Positions 1-11,918 of a stretch of 64,000 nucleotides of DNA are shown one piece after another; within the stretch, counting starts at the first letter, position 1, and each line of letters begins with the position of its first letter. The notes under the pieces were generated by a model. The model was not told where the DNA came from. It worked only from the letters and a program-made list of their open reading frames with translations, and ran no database searches. The stretch is from Psammoneis japonica (taxonomy: Eukaryota). The DNA lies in assembly GCA_008632985.1 (NCBI GenBank), contig QPGO01000048.1, positions 1-64,000 on the forward strand, in the 5' to 3' direction. A program made the translations under genes and the position numbers.

Positions 1-488
1 GGCTGCTGACGCCATGAAAATCACAGCAAAGCACCGTCTTGTTACGAAACCTTGTATCATTTTTCCACTTTTCAACGAGAATTTAGGATTTTTTCGAGAG
101 AACCGCACTGAGAAAGAAGGCTTTGCTTTATCATTCGTCGATAAGTTCAGCTGATAGTTCCATCCAACATTGACCTCGTTGTTTCCAATCTTCGCCTCTT
201 CTTGCTTCTTGCGGTCGCAAAAAGTGCGGGGGCGACAAAAACCGGCATGCAGGTTTCAGTACTAGCTCTTCGTAGAAATCTACGAAGTCTCATTCATCTT
301 TCACTTCAATCTCATCCAAGATCCAAGCAGCCGCTGTCAATCGCGGAAGTATTGTTTATACTTTCAACTTCAGCGCTATACTTTCAACTTCAGCGCTCAG
401 CGCTCTCCATCTCCAATCGTCAACCAAACCTGCTCGGCATTTTTTGGCAGACCCAGTTTTGTTTTAGTTTCTTCCGCCTCTCACCACA

Positions 489-2048
489 ATGGGATTGGAT
501 TACGATTCTTTTGACATTCTCAGAGACCCTCAAGATGATTGGCCTGATGAAGCAGAAGACATGTATGATCGTATCGGAGTTATCGGGCGTGGCAGCTTTG
601 GTTTGGTGTGGATGGCCAAGCGAAGGGCTCCTCCAGTTGACAAGAACGACGATGAATTCGTAGCGCTAAAAAATATCAAGATTAAGGATCGCAAAGGCCT
701 CATCTTTGCGGAGCGTGAGATTTCTATTCTAACAGAACTGCACCATCCGAATGTGATTCGCCTCATTCGAGCATTCCCTATTCACAAAGCTCCATCCAGT
801 ACCAACCAAACACGGCTCGTGTCCATGCAGTTGGCACGAGGACCAGACCTCCAGGCTTTGGTGGCAGAAAGAGGTGCACTTGGATTACCGCTTGTGCGTC
901 TTGTGTCTCGACAACTCATTGCAGCGGTGAGCTATCTGCATGGGAGGGGTGTACTTCATCGGGATATTAAGCCGGCTAATCTCCTGATAGAAAACAGGCA
1001 GCTATCACCGAGTGATGATTACTACTGGGAGGCGGATGACGATTTGTGGAGCGATGGTGAGAGTGCGGAGAAGAACACAAAGAACGGAAAGTGGAACCTG
1101 CTTCTGATTGATTTTGGCTTTGCCAGGGCATTGACGAAGAAAGAGATACTGAACAATCCAAATCATTTGAAAAATTCAATTGTCAACGAGGGGCAATCGA
1201 TGGTAGATGCCGCCAAGGCAGTTTCTGAATTGGGTGAGCTGGTTGAATCATCCGGTGAAGATGAAGAAGATGGCGTTCAAGACATTGCGTTGCGGAATCT
1301 AACAACCAAAACGGACAGCTTGCCGCAAGAATTCGTTGAAGGAGAGCAAATTCTCGTCGGTGACCAAGTAGAAGCTACTCGGAAACGATATTCGGGTATA
1401 ACTGAAACGATAATGCCAGTTGATTCAGGGACTACCGGGAAATCCACCAAGAGACGACCCAGTGGACTTCTGATAGGAACTCATGGGCGTCGCAGAGGCT
1501 CATCTACCCGAACAAAGTTACGGTCTATGAGTGCCCTGGGAACGAAGGCTTTTGCCGCGCCGGAAATCAGACACGATCTCCGTGAGAAGGAAGAAGCTGA
1601 TGTGAAGAGATCAAACGAAGCGCTGACTACATGTGTGGCTGACTATGGAATGATCGTTGATGCATACTCTGTGGGATGGACGTTAAGGGTTGTGTTGACT
1701 GGTGTTCCACCAAACTCAACCATATCTGAATACCTTTATCAATTAGCAATGCAGGAATCCGTGGTTGAAACAGGTTGTTGTGGGAGGAAGACGCGACATC
1801 AGGAGCCAAAGAGGATTGTGCGCGAAAGTTCAAACATCCCCTCCGACGCAGCTTCGTTAATCAAATCATTGACGATGCCCAAGCCAGAGGATCGAATGAC
1901 AATTCGCGAGGCGCAGAATGAGCCCTGGATAAAAGGTAGGCCGAATGAGACACCGTATGTTGTGGCGCAAGGCGATTATCCTTCAAAACATGGGGATCCG
2001 GTGGTACCATTGGAATGTGCTGAGCTACTTGCAGGTCAACAACTATAA
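489..2048 (+). CDS. Ser/Thr protein kinase with long activation-segment insertion
   Basis: GRGSFG Gly loop, VALK, HRDIKPAN catalytic loop, DFG, and GTKAFAAPE motifs in the 519 aa ORF. Confidence 0.92.
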   Translation: MGLDYDSFDILRDPQDDWPDEAEDMYDRIGVIGRGSFGLVWMAKRRAPPVDKNDDEFVALKNIKIKDRKGLIFAEREISILTELHHPNVIRLIRAFPIHKAPSSTNQTRLVSMQLARGPDLQALVAERGALGLPLVRLVSRQLIAAVSYLHGRGVLHRDIKPANLLIENRQLSPSDDYYWEADDDLWSDGESAEKNTKNGKWNLLLIDFGFARALTKKEILNNPNHLKNSIVNEGQSMVDAAKAVSELGELVESSGEDEEDGVQDIALRNLTTKTDSLPQEFVEGEQILVGDQVEATRKRYSGITETIMPVDSGTTGKSTKRRPSGLLIGTHGRRRGSSTRTKLRSMSALGTKAFAAPEIRHDLREKEEADVKRSNEALTTCVADYGMIVDAYSVGWTLRVVLTGVPPNSTISEYLYQLAMQESVVETGCCGRKTRHQEPKRIVRESSNIPSDAASLIKSLTMPKPEDRMTIREAQNEPWIKGRPNETPYVVAQGDYPSKHGDPVVPLECAELLAGQQL

Positions 2049-2181
2049 TCTCATACGCTCTCGAAACGTTTGTTGTGAATATGCTGGTATCAGCGACTTG
2101 AATTGAAATAGCAATTTTACTAGTGTGATACAACATTTACCCTTTTACCGATGTAGCTAGAGAGCTAACGTACAAAACTCG

Positions 2182-3049
2182 CTAGAAAGACGCAAGGTCA
2201 CTGCCCTCTTCGTTGCTGATATCGATGAATTCTGGCGGCTTCATAGTTCCATCTGGTCTCATAGCATTGAGGCGACGCTTCCTACGATATGTAATCAGAC
2301 CTGCGAGTGCGATCACAATGGCAAGCACACAAAGCACAATGGAAGCAATAGCAGCCCCCGAGAGGCCGCCACCCCACCTCCGCCCCCTCCATTTCCGTTG
2401 TTGTTTTCGCCGTAGGTGTTTTCTCCATTACCTTTATTCAAGTCGACATAGAAGACACGCACCAGCTTATCATTAATTTCGTTTGCCCTGGGGCTTGTGA
2501 CCTTGAGCGATTTCTCAACTACGGGGAGGATATCTGAAACTTTGGATCCATAGACGAGCACTTCTCCGGAATAGATTCCACAATAGTTTCCCTCGGCTTG
2601 GACTTCGCATTCCACTGCAGAACAACGCAATGACAATCCCTGTAAGCTCAGCCATCATACAAAATTGATGATACGCAATGGTACGAGGATTCTCACTAAC
2701 CGTCTGTTTTATCCAAATCCTCCTGTTGTAAGGATGGGGAAAAGGAGAAACCTCCAGCACCAGTGACCGATCTCCTGATTGAGCCTAAGCCGCACACAGA
2801 TGGAAAGGTGTTGGTGATGAGGAAGTGTTCGACGCTTTTCTTCACGCCCTTTAGTATGATATCCACGTCAGACGCAGATCCGGGTTTGGTTTCGACGCCC
2901 ACCCCATATCGCACCACCCGATTTGTTCCGTCGCCAACTGTTCCAAAGTATCCGTTGACATCCGGGAAGCAGTAATCCGGTGATCTGAAGACATTTCTTT
3001 CAGTTCCAGGATCATCCTCCTTTCTTTTAGTTCCTAAGTCATCATTCAT
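2182..3049 (-). CDS. Single-pass membrane protein of unknown function; one intron (~2640-2700) and an apparent frameshift near 2371
   Basis: ORFs 2696-3154 and 2313-2636 join through a GT-AG intron. An alternative frame downstream gives a TM helix plus basic stop-transfer (AAIASIVLCVLAIVIALAGLITYRRKRR). Confidence 0.5.
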
Positions 3050-3669
3050 TTGTGCGGCTCTTTCTCTGGTTGGACGAGACTGCCTTCCCTGGGCCGTACT
3101 CGTTGCTATGACAGCTTCGTGGCTAAAGTAGGGTTTAGGTTTCGATTGAACCACCTAGCAAAGAAATGAGAAGACGATCAAAAGACGTCTTGGTCGAACA
3201 GGGACGCAAGAGTGCAGACTTGGCACGATTGGTGTCCTCTCGAGGTGCTTTGTTTTCCTATTGCGGACTTTGCCAGATCAAATTTTGTGAGCAACTCAAC
3301 GGCGAGTGGAAGCGTTGAATTTGAAAATTTGGCTCAATTTCAATTTCTAAATTTATGGATATGTCTATTTACATATTTGCAGCCAATACCGTTTCATGAC
3401 CGTTATTTCATTCACGAGATGAGTCACGGTATGTTTGGAAGGTCACCTTTTATTCCGATATTCATGCCGATAAATTATAAATTGATATGTTCAAACGGGT
3501 TTTTGAATATTTTTATAACCCGAGTACACGTAGATTTTGTACCATGTTATACGACTAAAAACAAATAAACGGACTCGTGAGTACAAACACGCGACGTCGT
3601 GACTCGCTCGTGACCGGGAGCGCGAGCATGTGACTACTGTATTTCATCTGCCTTCGTTCGACGGCAACC

Positions 3670-5749
3670 ATGGCGGCGCAGCAACCAATGGCCAACCCTT
3701 TCGCGGGGGCTCCACCCGACAACCCCTTCGCCGCCGCCCCTTCTCCATCAGGTCCGACAACACAGACCGGAAATCCGTTTGACCCGATGGCACCTCCTCC
3801 GCAAGACCCGTTCGCTACGCAGACAGCGCCTCCGTCGGATATCGTGCCCGAACCCGGAGCTGGGATCCCGGCGAGCAACCCGTTTGCTCCTCCGACGCAA
3901 CAACAGCCAATGCAGAACCCGTACCAACAACAGGCAGCGCCTCAACAGCCCCAACCAGTTCCTCCTGAGACACAACCGATTGTAGGAAACCCGCCGTTCG
4001 GTGCCCAGCAGCCGGCACAGGCCAACGCTATGGCTTCCACGGCGTTAGTCCCTAGTCAGCAGCCCTCGAATCCTTATGGCGGCTTGGTACCGCCTCAGCA
4101 GCAAGGCCAGGTGGCATATGGGGCGCCCCAAAGCCAAGCAGTAGTACCCGCGGCTCAACAGAATTCTCAGTGGGCCGTGCCGTCGTCTGGAGGAGCTGGT
4201 GGTGCCACCTTCGATCCCTTTGCTCCTCCTCCCGCTCCAGTACCAGCAGCTGCCCCACCCCCTGCGCCTGTACCTGTACCTGCAGCTGCCCCACCTCCTG
4301 CGCCTGTGTCACAGGAGCTAGTTGTGACGCCCTGGGAACAAGGCCCGGCTTCGCAATACCAGCTCCCACCGGAAACTAATCTTACCGAGAGCGCTAGTGT
4401 CGCTCCACCCTTCCAAGACCATGGCCCAGGATTTGGTGGCGGACGGTCTGTTGCATCTGAACCAGAAACGCCGGCCAATCACCGTTCCACGCAAGAAATG
4501 ATTCCTTTTCAGCAACCTGGTGAAAATAATACGACAACGCAGCAGATTGTTAATTCTCCTCAAACAAAGTATGGTCGCATACTGGCTCAGAATGCTCCGC
4601 CGGGGGCATCGCCTCTACCCAAGGCGGAACTTGTGCGGAAGACTGGTTTTATTCTTGCCCGCGTCTCTTTCCGAACAATAGTTATGAAGAAATGGAAACA
4701 AGCCTTTTGGATTCAATATGGTCCTCACACGATGATTTGGTTTCGTACGCAAGAAGATTTTAACGATTGGCTCAACAACCCGTACCATACGCAATCGCAG
4801 CGAAACTTTCTCATCAAGCTCGCGGTCAATTTTGTTCATGATTTGTATCGTCCGAACGTTCGAGGATATCAAGTGACTCAGAGCCGCACCAAGAATTATG
4901 GACGAAAGACAATGAAGCAGTTCAAACTTGAACGATGGATGGACTATGGACCGACGATTGCTGCTGCCTTTGCGTCTCACGATCCAAAAGAAGTGGATGC
5001 GCTACGAGAAGCCATCGTGGAGTGCATGCGGAACACACCGCAAGACTCTGGCATCCGAGCCACAGGAGCAGTTCGACAGAACCATGGAAATGGCGAGCAT
5101 CACCATGAGATCAGTATGGTATGTAATTCTCGGTTGATGATGTGGTCTCTTGTTGTCTTTGCTAACATTTTCGTTTCTTGCGCTTTTTAGATTCAGACCA
5201 TCATGGAGCCCATCACGACGATTACGACGACGGGTCTCACTACAGCGGCTCCTATGCTCCGTCCTATGGTTAGTACAGTAGGCCCTGCGACCTGCGACCT
5301 CAATGAAGAGTTTTATGCGTGTTGCGACTTTATCTCATTTTTTGCTTTTTGTGTTTGACTCTCGAATGGAACAGCCGAGTCATCGCGTGGTCATCGTCAA
5401 TCTTCACAGGATTTGGGATACCAGGGAGGATCCGAAAGAACAATGGAAGCACCGGATGGCTGCTGCTGCTCCTGCTCCTGTTGCTGACTTGCTTGATTTC
5501 AGCAGCGACCCAGCTCCTGCTCCTGCGCAGCCAGCTGCGGCGCCTCCTCCGGCAGCAGGCAACTACCACTACGCAGCAGCAGGTCAACCTCAGCCTCCTA
5601 CACAACAATACCCGGCCGCAGGACAACCACAGCCTCCTGCACAACAATATGCTGCCGCGGGACAACCACAGCCTCCTCAGCAATACTACTCGGCCCCGGG
5701 ACAACCGCAGCCTCCTGCACAGCAGAGTTATGCCCAGTACCAGTACTAG
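3670..5749 (+). CDS. Pro/Gln-rich protein with NPF/DPF motifs and a PH-like domain; 3' exon structure uncertain
   Basis: Repeated NPF/DPF motifs (endocytic adaptor-like), globular region KKWKQAFWIQY...LREAI, intron after ~5118, and a downstream DLLDF motif with GQPQPP repeats. Confidence 0.65.
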
Positions 5750-5898
5750 AAACAGGAACCGAGTGCATGGAGAAATGAGTTTGCGATGGGATGGGGTGGG
5801 GGAGATCGGTGTCGCTACAGTGCTAGTCGCACATTGATGCCTGCTTACCGTAATAAATCTGTCTAGAGAAGCTGGTTGTAAGGCCTTTGTTATAATTG

Positions 5899-7119
5899 TT
5901 ATGTTGGTGAGAACTTGCGATATTTTCTCCGGGATGGGTCCATTGTTCTGGATCTGTGCTTCTTGTGTTTTTGAGCAGGATATATAGCCAAGTGCTTGGA
6001 CCTGATCTCTTGTATCAGCTTCTCGGTCACGGGTACAATGTCGAAGCTGTGTTTGTCAATGTTATTTGCATTCATTTCTTGCGAATTCGTGGGAATTGTA
6101 TTGGGAAAGCGTTGCTCCTCTGCACGACGTTGGCACTGGGCGTCATCACTTGAGAGCGATTCAATCTTAAAAATATAAACGCAGGCATCATGGCATGGAA
6201 ACGACTTGCGGTCCAAAGCTTTGCGGGGCGTGTATGGTGGGAGGAGTGCTCGATCCAACACGATCTTCCCCACAAAGTGAGAGCGGCAATCGTTGACCTG
6301 TTCAAATGCCTGAGAGACTACTTCTTCAAGTTCCCATTGATTGTAAGGAGGTTTTGTTTTGTGGCACATGTGTATCTCCCCGTCGCGGTGTAGGAAGTGG
6401 CGGCAGTTTGCAACAAATCGTCGAACAAGATTCTTGTTGCTTTCAATCGCATCGTTCTGTCCGTCCTGCCCCGAGGGATCTGCTGTACACGGAAAATTCC
6501 AAACGATTCGATGGTATTTTCTTCTTTGACCACTATCGGTTCTGATTACATCTTTTGGCAGAGTTTCCTCCAGATTTGTGGCATCCACCTGAAAACAGAC
6601 CTTCGTCTTCAATGCTGCAAGCTCGTCGAGCGTCTCGTTAATGTCTGGATATACATTCTGGAGTGTTTCTTTCAATTCATAGCTGGTTGAAACAATATAT
6701 GGTTTTGACTCATGTGAACTGAGCGAAGACAACATGCGGGCAACTGCGAGAGAGAAACTAAAGTCGCCGTCACCGATTGTGAGCACCGACATTCCATGTT
6801 TGTACCCCATCGTTGGAACGCAGTGAACACCCACGTTACCAATTCGACGACACTGTTCTGGTCGCTGATTCGGAACCTTTCTTCGGAAATCTGTATCCAG
6901 TGCCACATCAAAGCATCCCACCTTGTAGGCACACGGGATACAAGACAACGCACAGTCAACGGTCCTCGTACTGGCATAGAGAAGTTTGCAATCTCGAATT
7001 GGCACGACATCCAATTCCTTTTCACAATCTGTCTCTGATTCTTTCCCTGCTACTTCATTCTTTCTCTTCTTATTCGTCTTTGTTTGAGGAGGCGTTGTGG
7101 GTGGACGTTTTTTCACCAT
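5899..7119 (-). CDS. DUF2431 / BMT5-like 25S rRNA (uridine-N3)-methyltransferase domain protein
   Basis: VLTIGDGDFSFS, FQVDAT, RIVWNFPC and GEIHMCHK..PYNQW motifs. Confidence 0.85.
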   Translation of the reverse strand: MVKKRPPTTPPQTKTNKKRKNEVAGKESETDCEKELDVVPIRDCKLLYASTRTVDCALSCIPCAYKVGCFDVALDTDFRRKVPNQRPEQCRRIGNVGVHCVPTMGYKHGMSVLTIGDGDFSFSLAVARMLSSLSSHESKPYIVSTSYELKETLQNVYPDINETLDELAALKTKVCFQVDATNLEETLPKDVIRTDSGQRRKYHRIVWNFPCTADPSGQDGQNDAIESNKNLVRRFVANCRHFLHRDGEIHMCHKTKPPYNQWELEEVVSQAFEQVNDCRSHFVGKIVLDRALLPPYTPRKALDRKSFPCHDACVYIFKIESLSSDDAQCQRRAEEQRFPNTIPTNSQEMNANNIDKHSFDIVPVTEKLIQEIRSKHLAIYPAQKHKKHRSRTMDPSRRKYRKFSPT

Positions 7120-7446
7120 CGTCTGCTCACGCGGCTCCGCTTGAATGAATCATTACAGAGTGAGTCGTCGTTTTTTTGGCGGGAGAATCCGTCTGCCCTT
7201 CGACCGCAACTTGCAATGCTCGGCGCATTTTCAACTCTCTATTTTTATTTGCGGCGCAAGATGCCGAACACGGAACACGCGACCACACATCCATACAATC
7301 CAATCCATCGCCAATAAGAACTGACCTATCCAGCATCGGAGGAGAACCCCTCTATTGTCTCATGTTGCTCCACGTGAGGGTGTAGTGTTCAGCGGATAGC
7401 AAAATATAGGACTCCCTATAGGACTCCCAACCCAATTGAACGCCAC

Positions 7447-9360
7447 ATGATGAAGCACGTTGTTTCCAAAGCCACGGCCAAAGGGCAGGTGCTGGATCAA
7501 CCACTGCCATGGATCATGGTCGCGTTATTTTCCTCCCAAAAGGATCCAGTCTTCTCAAAGGCATTAACTCTTCCGAAATACGATACAATTGTGCAGCCCA
7601 GTGATGTTACAGACGAGTTTCAAAAGAACAAAACGCTGGTTCAGTTTTTCTGCCGGCTTCTTTCTTCGCCGAGCTTCGCAGTTCATGTTCTTTTGGTTGC
7701 AACGAAGATTCTTTTGCACCACAAACACGAAACGAAAGAAAAAATACATTCGAGTTTCGGCACTGGACAACGCTCTGACGAAATTTGGAAAAGCGAGGAC
7801 GAACGCGAGATGGCATACGAAGGTTGGGCCCTTGGACTGCAAGAGTCGGTCAGTTGGGAGCAGTTTTTGGGCACCTACCTACACGTCCGAAATCATCTCC
7901 ACGTTGCCTCGCTTCCTCATCCTCTTGTACGGTATGTGTCAAAGGTTTTCACACTGTTATCTGCAGATGAACAAGAGGTCGCTGTGAGAGCTTTGAGAAG
8001 CGTCGTGAACAAAAGGTATCAACATGTTCCAACAATAGCGTTGTTAAATGCCGTTTTGGATACCTACGGACAGCGACCATGCTTGTTTGGCTTTCTATTG
8101 CATTCTCCTGATGATTCTGATAGAGTAACCAGGACGCTTCACTCGTGTCTCCCGAATGCGGAGTGGCATATGAACGACGCCGAAGGCGGCGTCAGGCCGG
8201 AGCTTTTTGCGATTTATGATGTGGAGGAAAATGAAGATTTGACTATAAGCTTGATCGACAATACTTTGCCTTACAATGAACGAATGAATGCTCTTGCGCA
8301 GAGATGTGCCGGAGAGCAAGACTCTTCGTCCTCCTGTGAATGCTGCCGTTGTAAGTTTGAAGGATATGGAAAGTTACCAAAGAATCGAGATGCATGTAGA
8401 CTTGGGCACTTGTGCTTTCAGCAAAGTCGTTACATCGATTCAGAGCGGTTGTATCGTCATGCTATTGACCAAGACAGTCAGTTATCGGACATATGGCATG
8501 CCATCGGAGCCGTGTACTTGGAACAACAACAATTTGTAAAAGCGCAGCTACACTGGAAGGATGCGGTAGCGACGCACCAGTTCTTGGCAAAGCATGAGGG
8601 GATCGCGCTACAATTGGAGAAGCAGTCTGCTTACCGATACTGGGATCGTCAGCTTCAGCATTCAAACCAATGTGCACTTCCCAGATCGCTTTCTTACTTT
8701 CAACGGCGTTGCTTTGTTACAAAGGATCCCATTGTCTCCATTGAGGATTGCGAATCAGTAATTTCCTGGGCAGAGGACGCTTCTGGTGGATGGACCACAT
8801 CCCGGCATTACGCGGTGCCTACCACTGACGTGCCTGTTCACAAGGTGCCCTCACTCTTGAAATGGTTCATTGACTGCATGGAAACAAAGATTTACCCCTG
8901 GTTGTCCTTGCAGTTTGAGCTACAAAACACGGATCGGAAACGCTGGTATGTGCATGATGCATTTGTAGCGCGATATGACTCAGCAATGAAGAACAATCAC
9001 TTGCCGCTTCATCTCGATGAATCAACACACAGCTTTGTCTTGGCACTTAACGACGACTATGAAGGAGGGGGGACGTATTTTGCAAACTACGACCAAACGC
9101 TCAATACTTCAGCAGGTCACATGATAGCTTTTCGTGGCGATGAACTTCGTCATGGTGGAAATGTCGTGAAGAAGGGCGTTCGCTACATTCTTGCAGTCTT
9201 CTTGTATCTGGATAATGTCCCCGATTTGTGCGACTCACCGGAGACAAAGCTATCGCAGAAACGGGAGAAATTGAATCACCTGTTCGAAAGGAATGCAAAG
9301 AAAACGAAAGGAGAAGCGAAGTGTTTCACCTTCGGTTTCAACATCTCTAGCCAGAACTAG
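7447..9360 (+). CDS. Degenerate SET-like + TPR + 2OG-Fe(II) oxygenase (prolyl-hydroxylase-like) protein
   Basis: LHSCLPN...CECCRC (SET/post-SET-like), TPR-like helices, and FVARY...LPLHLDES...GGGTYF...HGG...GVRYIL (HxD..H..R). Confidence 0.75.
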   Translation: MMKHVVSKATAKGQVLDQPLPWIMVALFSSQKDPVFSKALTLPKYDTIVQPSDVTDEFQKNKTLVQFFCRLLSSPSFAVHVLLVATKILLHHKHETKEKIHSSFGTGQRSDEIWKSEDEREMAYEGWALGLQESVSWEQFLGTYLHVRNHLHVASLPHPLVRYVSKVFTLLSADEQEVAVRALRSVVNKRYQHVPTIALLNAVLDTYGQRPCLFGFLLHSPDDSDRVTRTLHSCLPNAEWHMNDAEGGVRPELFAIYDVEENEDLTISLIDNTLPYNERMNALAQRCAGEQDSSSSCECCRCKFEGYGKLPKNRDACRLGHLCFQQSRYIDSERLYRHAIDQDSQLSDIWHAIGAVYLEQQQFVKAQLHWKDAVATHQFLAKHEGIALQLEKQSAYRYWDRQLQHSNQCALPRSLSYFQRRCFVTKDPIVSIEDCESVISWAEDASGGWTTSRHYAVPTTDVPVHKVPSLLKWFIDCMETKIYPWLSLQFELQNTDRKRWYVHDAFVARYDSAMKNNHLPLHLDESTHSFVLALNDDYEGGGTYFANYDQTLNTSAGHMIAFRGDELRHGGNVVKKGVRYILAVFLYLDNVPDLCDSPETKLSQKREKLNHLFERNAKKTKGEAKCFTFGFNISSQN

Positions 9361-9525
9361 GAGACTACCCGTCACCTCTCGATGCAACACGTACAGAGAG
9401 TATTTGCGAGATTCCTACGAGTCTTACAGACACCGTACGGTTACGTAATGGCTTATCCCCAGAAAGAACTACGCAACATGAAAATGATAAGAGGAAAGCA
9501 CCGAATTTGAGACAGCTCTTGTACT

Positions 9526-11361
9526 CTAAGAATCCGCGGGAAAGGCTGCAAAAGCTGATAGTCTGTGTCGTTTGTGTAGAAGCTCGCGGAAAATCTCGTT
9601 TCGCAGGTTTCTGCCTGCTCTGGGTGGGGGGATGTCCCACGTCATGTCAGCGCCACTTGCCGACATTCTCTCGCTGTCTTCTTCGAGATGCATCGATACT
9701 CCGATAAGCAACGGAACACGTGAAAGAAGTGATATCGAGCTTTTTGTGTCTGGTGAACTTGACAAGTGAGATTCAACAGACTCAGAACCTTCAGTATGCA
9801 TGTCCTCCTTGTGAAGTAATTGAGAAGCAATGCTGAGGAGATTTGAGCCTGACATGGGATGCTCTGTGTCAACATCAGGCATTTCATCCGACAGGCCCGG
9901 CTCTGAACCTGGAGCCGCCTTCTCTGTCACGACAGGTAGAACTGAAACCCCTTGTTGACGACGACCCAGTCTTTCCTCTGCAATGATAACGTCGAAATGG
10001 TCACATCGAGACAAGCTTGGTCGGATTTCTTTTATCGCATCTTCACCGCTTCGTACGGCAAGAATGCTAGCTTGTGGGAACATTATTTTGATTGACATGA
10101 CAAAGAGCTTTTGGATCGCTTCGTGAAAAACGACAATAAGGACCTTCCTGATTTCGGATGCTATCAAATCCTTCATTGTATCACTATCCTGGATATTGGG
10201 GAGGCTTGCGTCGCTATTTGCAGACAATGCCGGATTCGTAAAGATTGCTTTTTGTCTCACCTTCCCGGTGACAGGGTCGCGATGTCCCACCTGAAATTCC
10301 TTGGCAACCTGCGGATTCAAGCGCATGTAGCGATGAGCAAGTACAAGAGCCTCGTGTTTAAACGAATCGAGCTCTTTCTCTGTGAACCATTTCTGCCCGG
10401 ATGGTTCTTCAAACTCTGTGATAGTGACTCGTGGATCGAACCGCACCAAGGGTTTGTTCAGGCCGAATGCAAAAGTTGCTTCTGTTTCTGCTCTCTCTTG
10501 TGCCATGGAGAATCCTGTAGAAGCCTTCTCGTCTCCTACTGACGAGCTGGAGTGACTATCGGACTCGAGATGTTTAGCGTTTTCACAGCGGGAGTCGGGA
10601 TGTTCCGCGACTTGCCTGTCCCCATTCTGGTCACAGCTTGTAGTACTCTCGTCCCGTCCATTCACGGAATCGAATCGACTGGTTCTCAATATGGAGGCTG
10701 GCTTCACGAGCGGATAAACCCCTCCTTGTTCCCCGCAATATCTTAACAGCGGTGATGGTACTGCGGGTAGCGACATGTTTTCAGGTGATGAGAGGTTGGA
10801 AAGGAACCCCTCCACTGGGGAGAAACGCTTACTCAATAACGATCGGTGCTGTTGTGGTGGAGAAAACTCGAGAATGTCAACCGGTGGAAGTTCCAGGTGT
10901 GAGCCAATTACTGCTTCTTCTCTGTGCCAAAACTTCTTGAATATTGTCCGTCGGCTGGGGTCGTAGGCACAGCGAGAGTTGCCTGCTGTCCCTTGACTGT
11001 CTCCATCTGAGAGCGGACTTTCCGGAACGGAGTTGTTATGAATGGAGCTGTTTTCTTCTGTTGTTTTAGCCAACACTATGTTTGGCGTTGGGGAGCTTCC
11101 AGCGAGTCTTTCGATAGCTCCGTCTTTGCTTCTTGCTAATCTGTCGGCGGCTTGTGGTGGGTTGCTCGTTTTGATCGTGCTTGCTTCGCCGCTTTTGTCT
11201 ACTAGCGTCCACTCAGCGCTGCAATTACAAGCCCTCTGGTTATCATTCTTCACCGACTTCTTCTCTTCCAAGGGCCCACTTGATATATTCGCACTCTTGT
11301 TAACCGACGTCGAATCGCGAGCTTCTCCTTCTTTGTGATGGGTCATCGGGTGAACAATCAT
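9526..11361 (-). CDS. Protein with VRF motif and C-terminal atypical response-regulator receiver-like domain
   Basis: KVLIV...SGEDA...FDVIIAEE...MSGSNLL...LLIGVS...GAD..W..PPP pattern of a receiver fold. Confidence 0.6.
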   Translation of the reverse strand: MIVHPMTHHKEGEARDSTSVNKSANISSGPLEEKKSVKNDNQRACNCSAEWTLVDKSGEASTIKTSNPPQAADRLARSKDGAIERLAGSSPTPNIVLAKTTEENSSIHNNSVPESPLSDGDSQGTAGNSRCAYDPSRRTIFKKFWHREEAVIGSHLELPPVDILEFSPPQQHRSLLSKRFSPVEGFLSNLSSPENMSLPAVPSPLLRYCGEQGGVYPLVKPASILRTSRFDSVNGRDESTTSCDQNGDRQVAEHPDSRCENAKHLESDSHSSSSVGDEKASTGFSMAQERAETEATFAFGLNKPLVRFDPRVTITEFEEPSGQKWFTEKELDSFKHEALVLAHRYMRLNPQVAKEFQVGHRDPVTGKVRQKAIFTNPALSANSDASLPNIQDSDTMKDLIASEIRKVLIVVFHEAIQKLFVMSIKIMFPQASILAVRSGEDAIKEIRPSLSRCDHFDVIIAEERLGRRQQGVSVLPVVTEKAAPGSEPGLSDEMPDVDTEHPMSGSNLLSIASQLLHKEDMHTEGSESVESHLSSSPDTKSSISLLSRVPLLIGVSMHLEEDSERMSASGADMTWDIPPPRAGRNLRNEIFRELLHKRHRLSAFAAFPADS

Positions 11362-11918
11362 GCTCAATGTTGTATCGAAACCAGATCAAAACTCTTCCGC
11401 TCTTTCCGCGAGGTATTTTGAATTTAGGACTTTCAATTATTATTTACAGGCTAGTCAGGAGCAACAGCCGCTTCTGAAGAGCTTTCATCGCAATCACGTA
11501 ATCCAAGAGTGGCAGAGATCAATAATAGGAGTGTTCGTCAATAGCGGTAACAGAGACGCACAAGCGAACTCGACTGATCGAAACACGATCTGTCAAAGCG
11601 AACGCACACCGCAACACAAAGAGAGCAAAAACAAACAACCTCGCTCGCGAGAGAACATGCCGCCATCAAACTACTATCAGTTGAGTCGTGCTTTAGACAA
11701 AAGCATTGAGTTGATCTACGACACTGGATAAGGTTATTTCGTTGCCGTTTTTATAGAATATTCATCTCTTCCATACTATATTTGTTTTCCATACGTGAGC
11801 TTACCAAGATTTTCTACATACGTCCTGTTCAGTACAAATGCTAGAGGAAATTCAAATTTCGGCTAACGACTATGCTGGTGTGCCAAAACCAGGAAACATG
11901 CCAGCCGCCGAGGGAAGC

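Noticed and set aside
357..396. 20-bp tandem duplication (tatactttcaacttcagcgc x2); also a 12-bp duplication near 7406
   Set aside because: Ordinary slippage duplications with no further structure.
5570..5730. GQPQPP.QQY coding repeats
   Set aside because: Typical low-complexity protein repeat.
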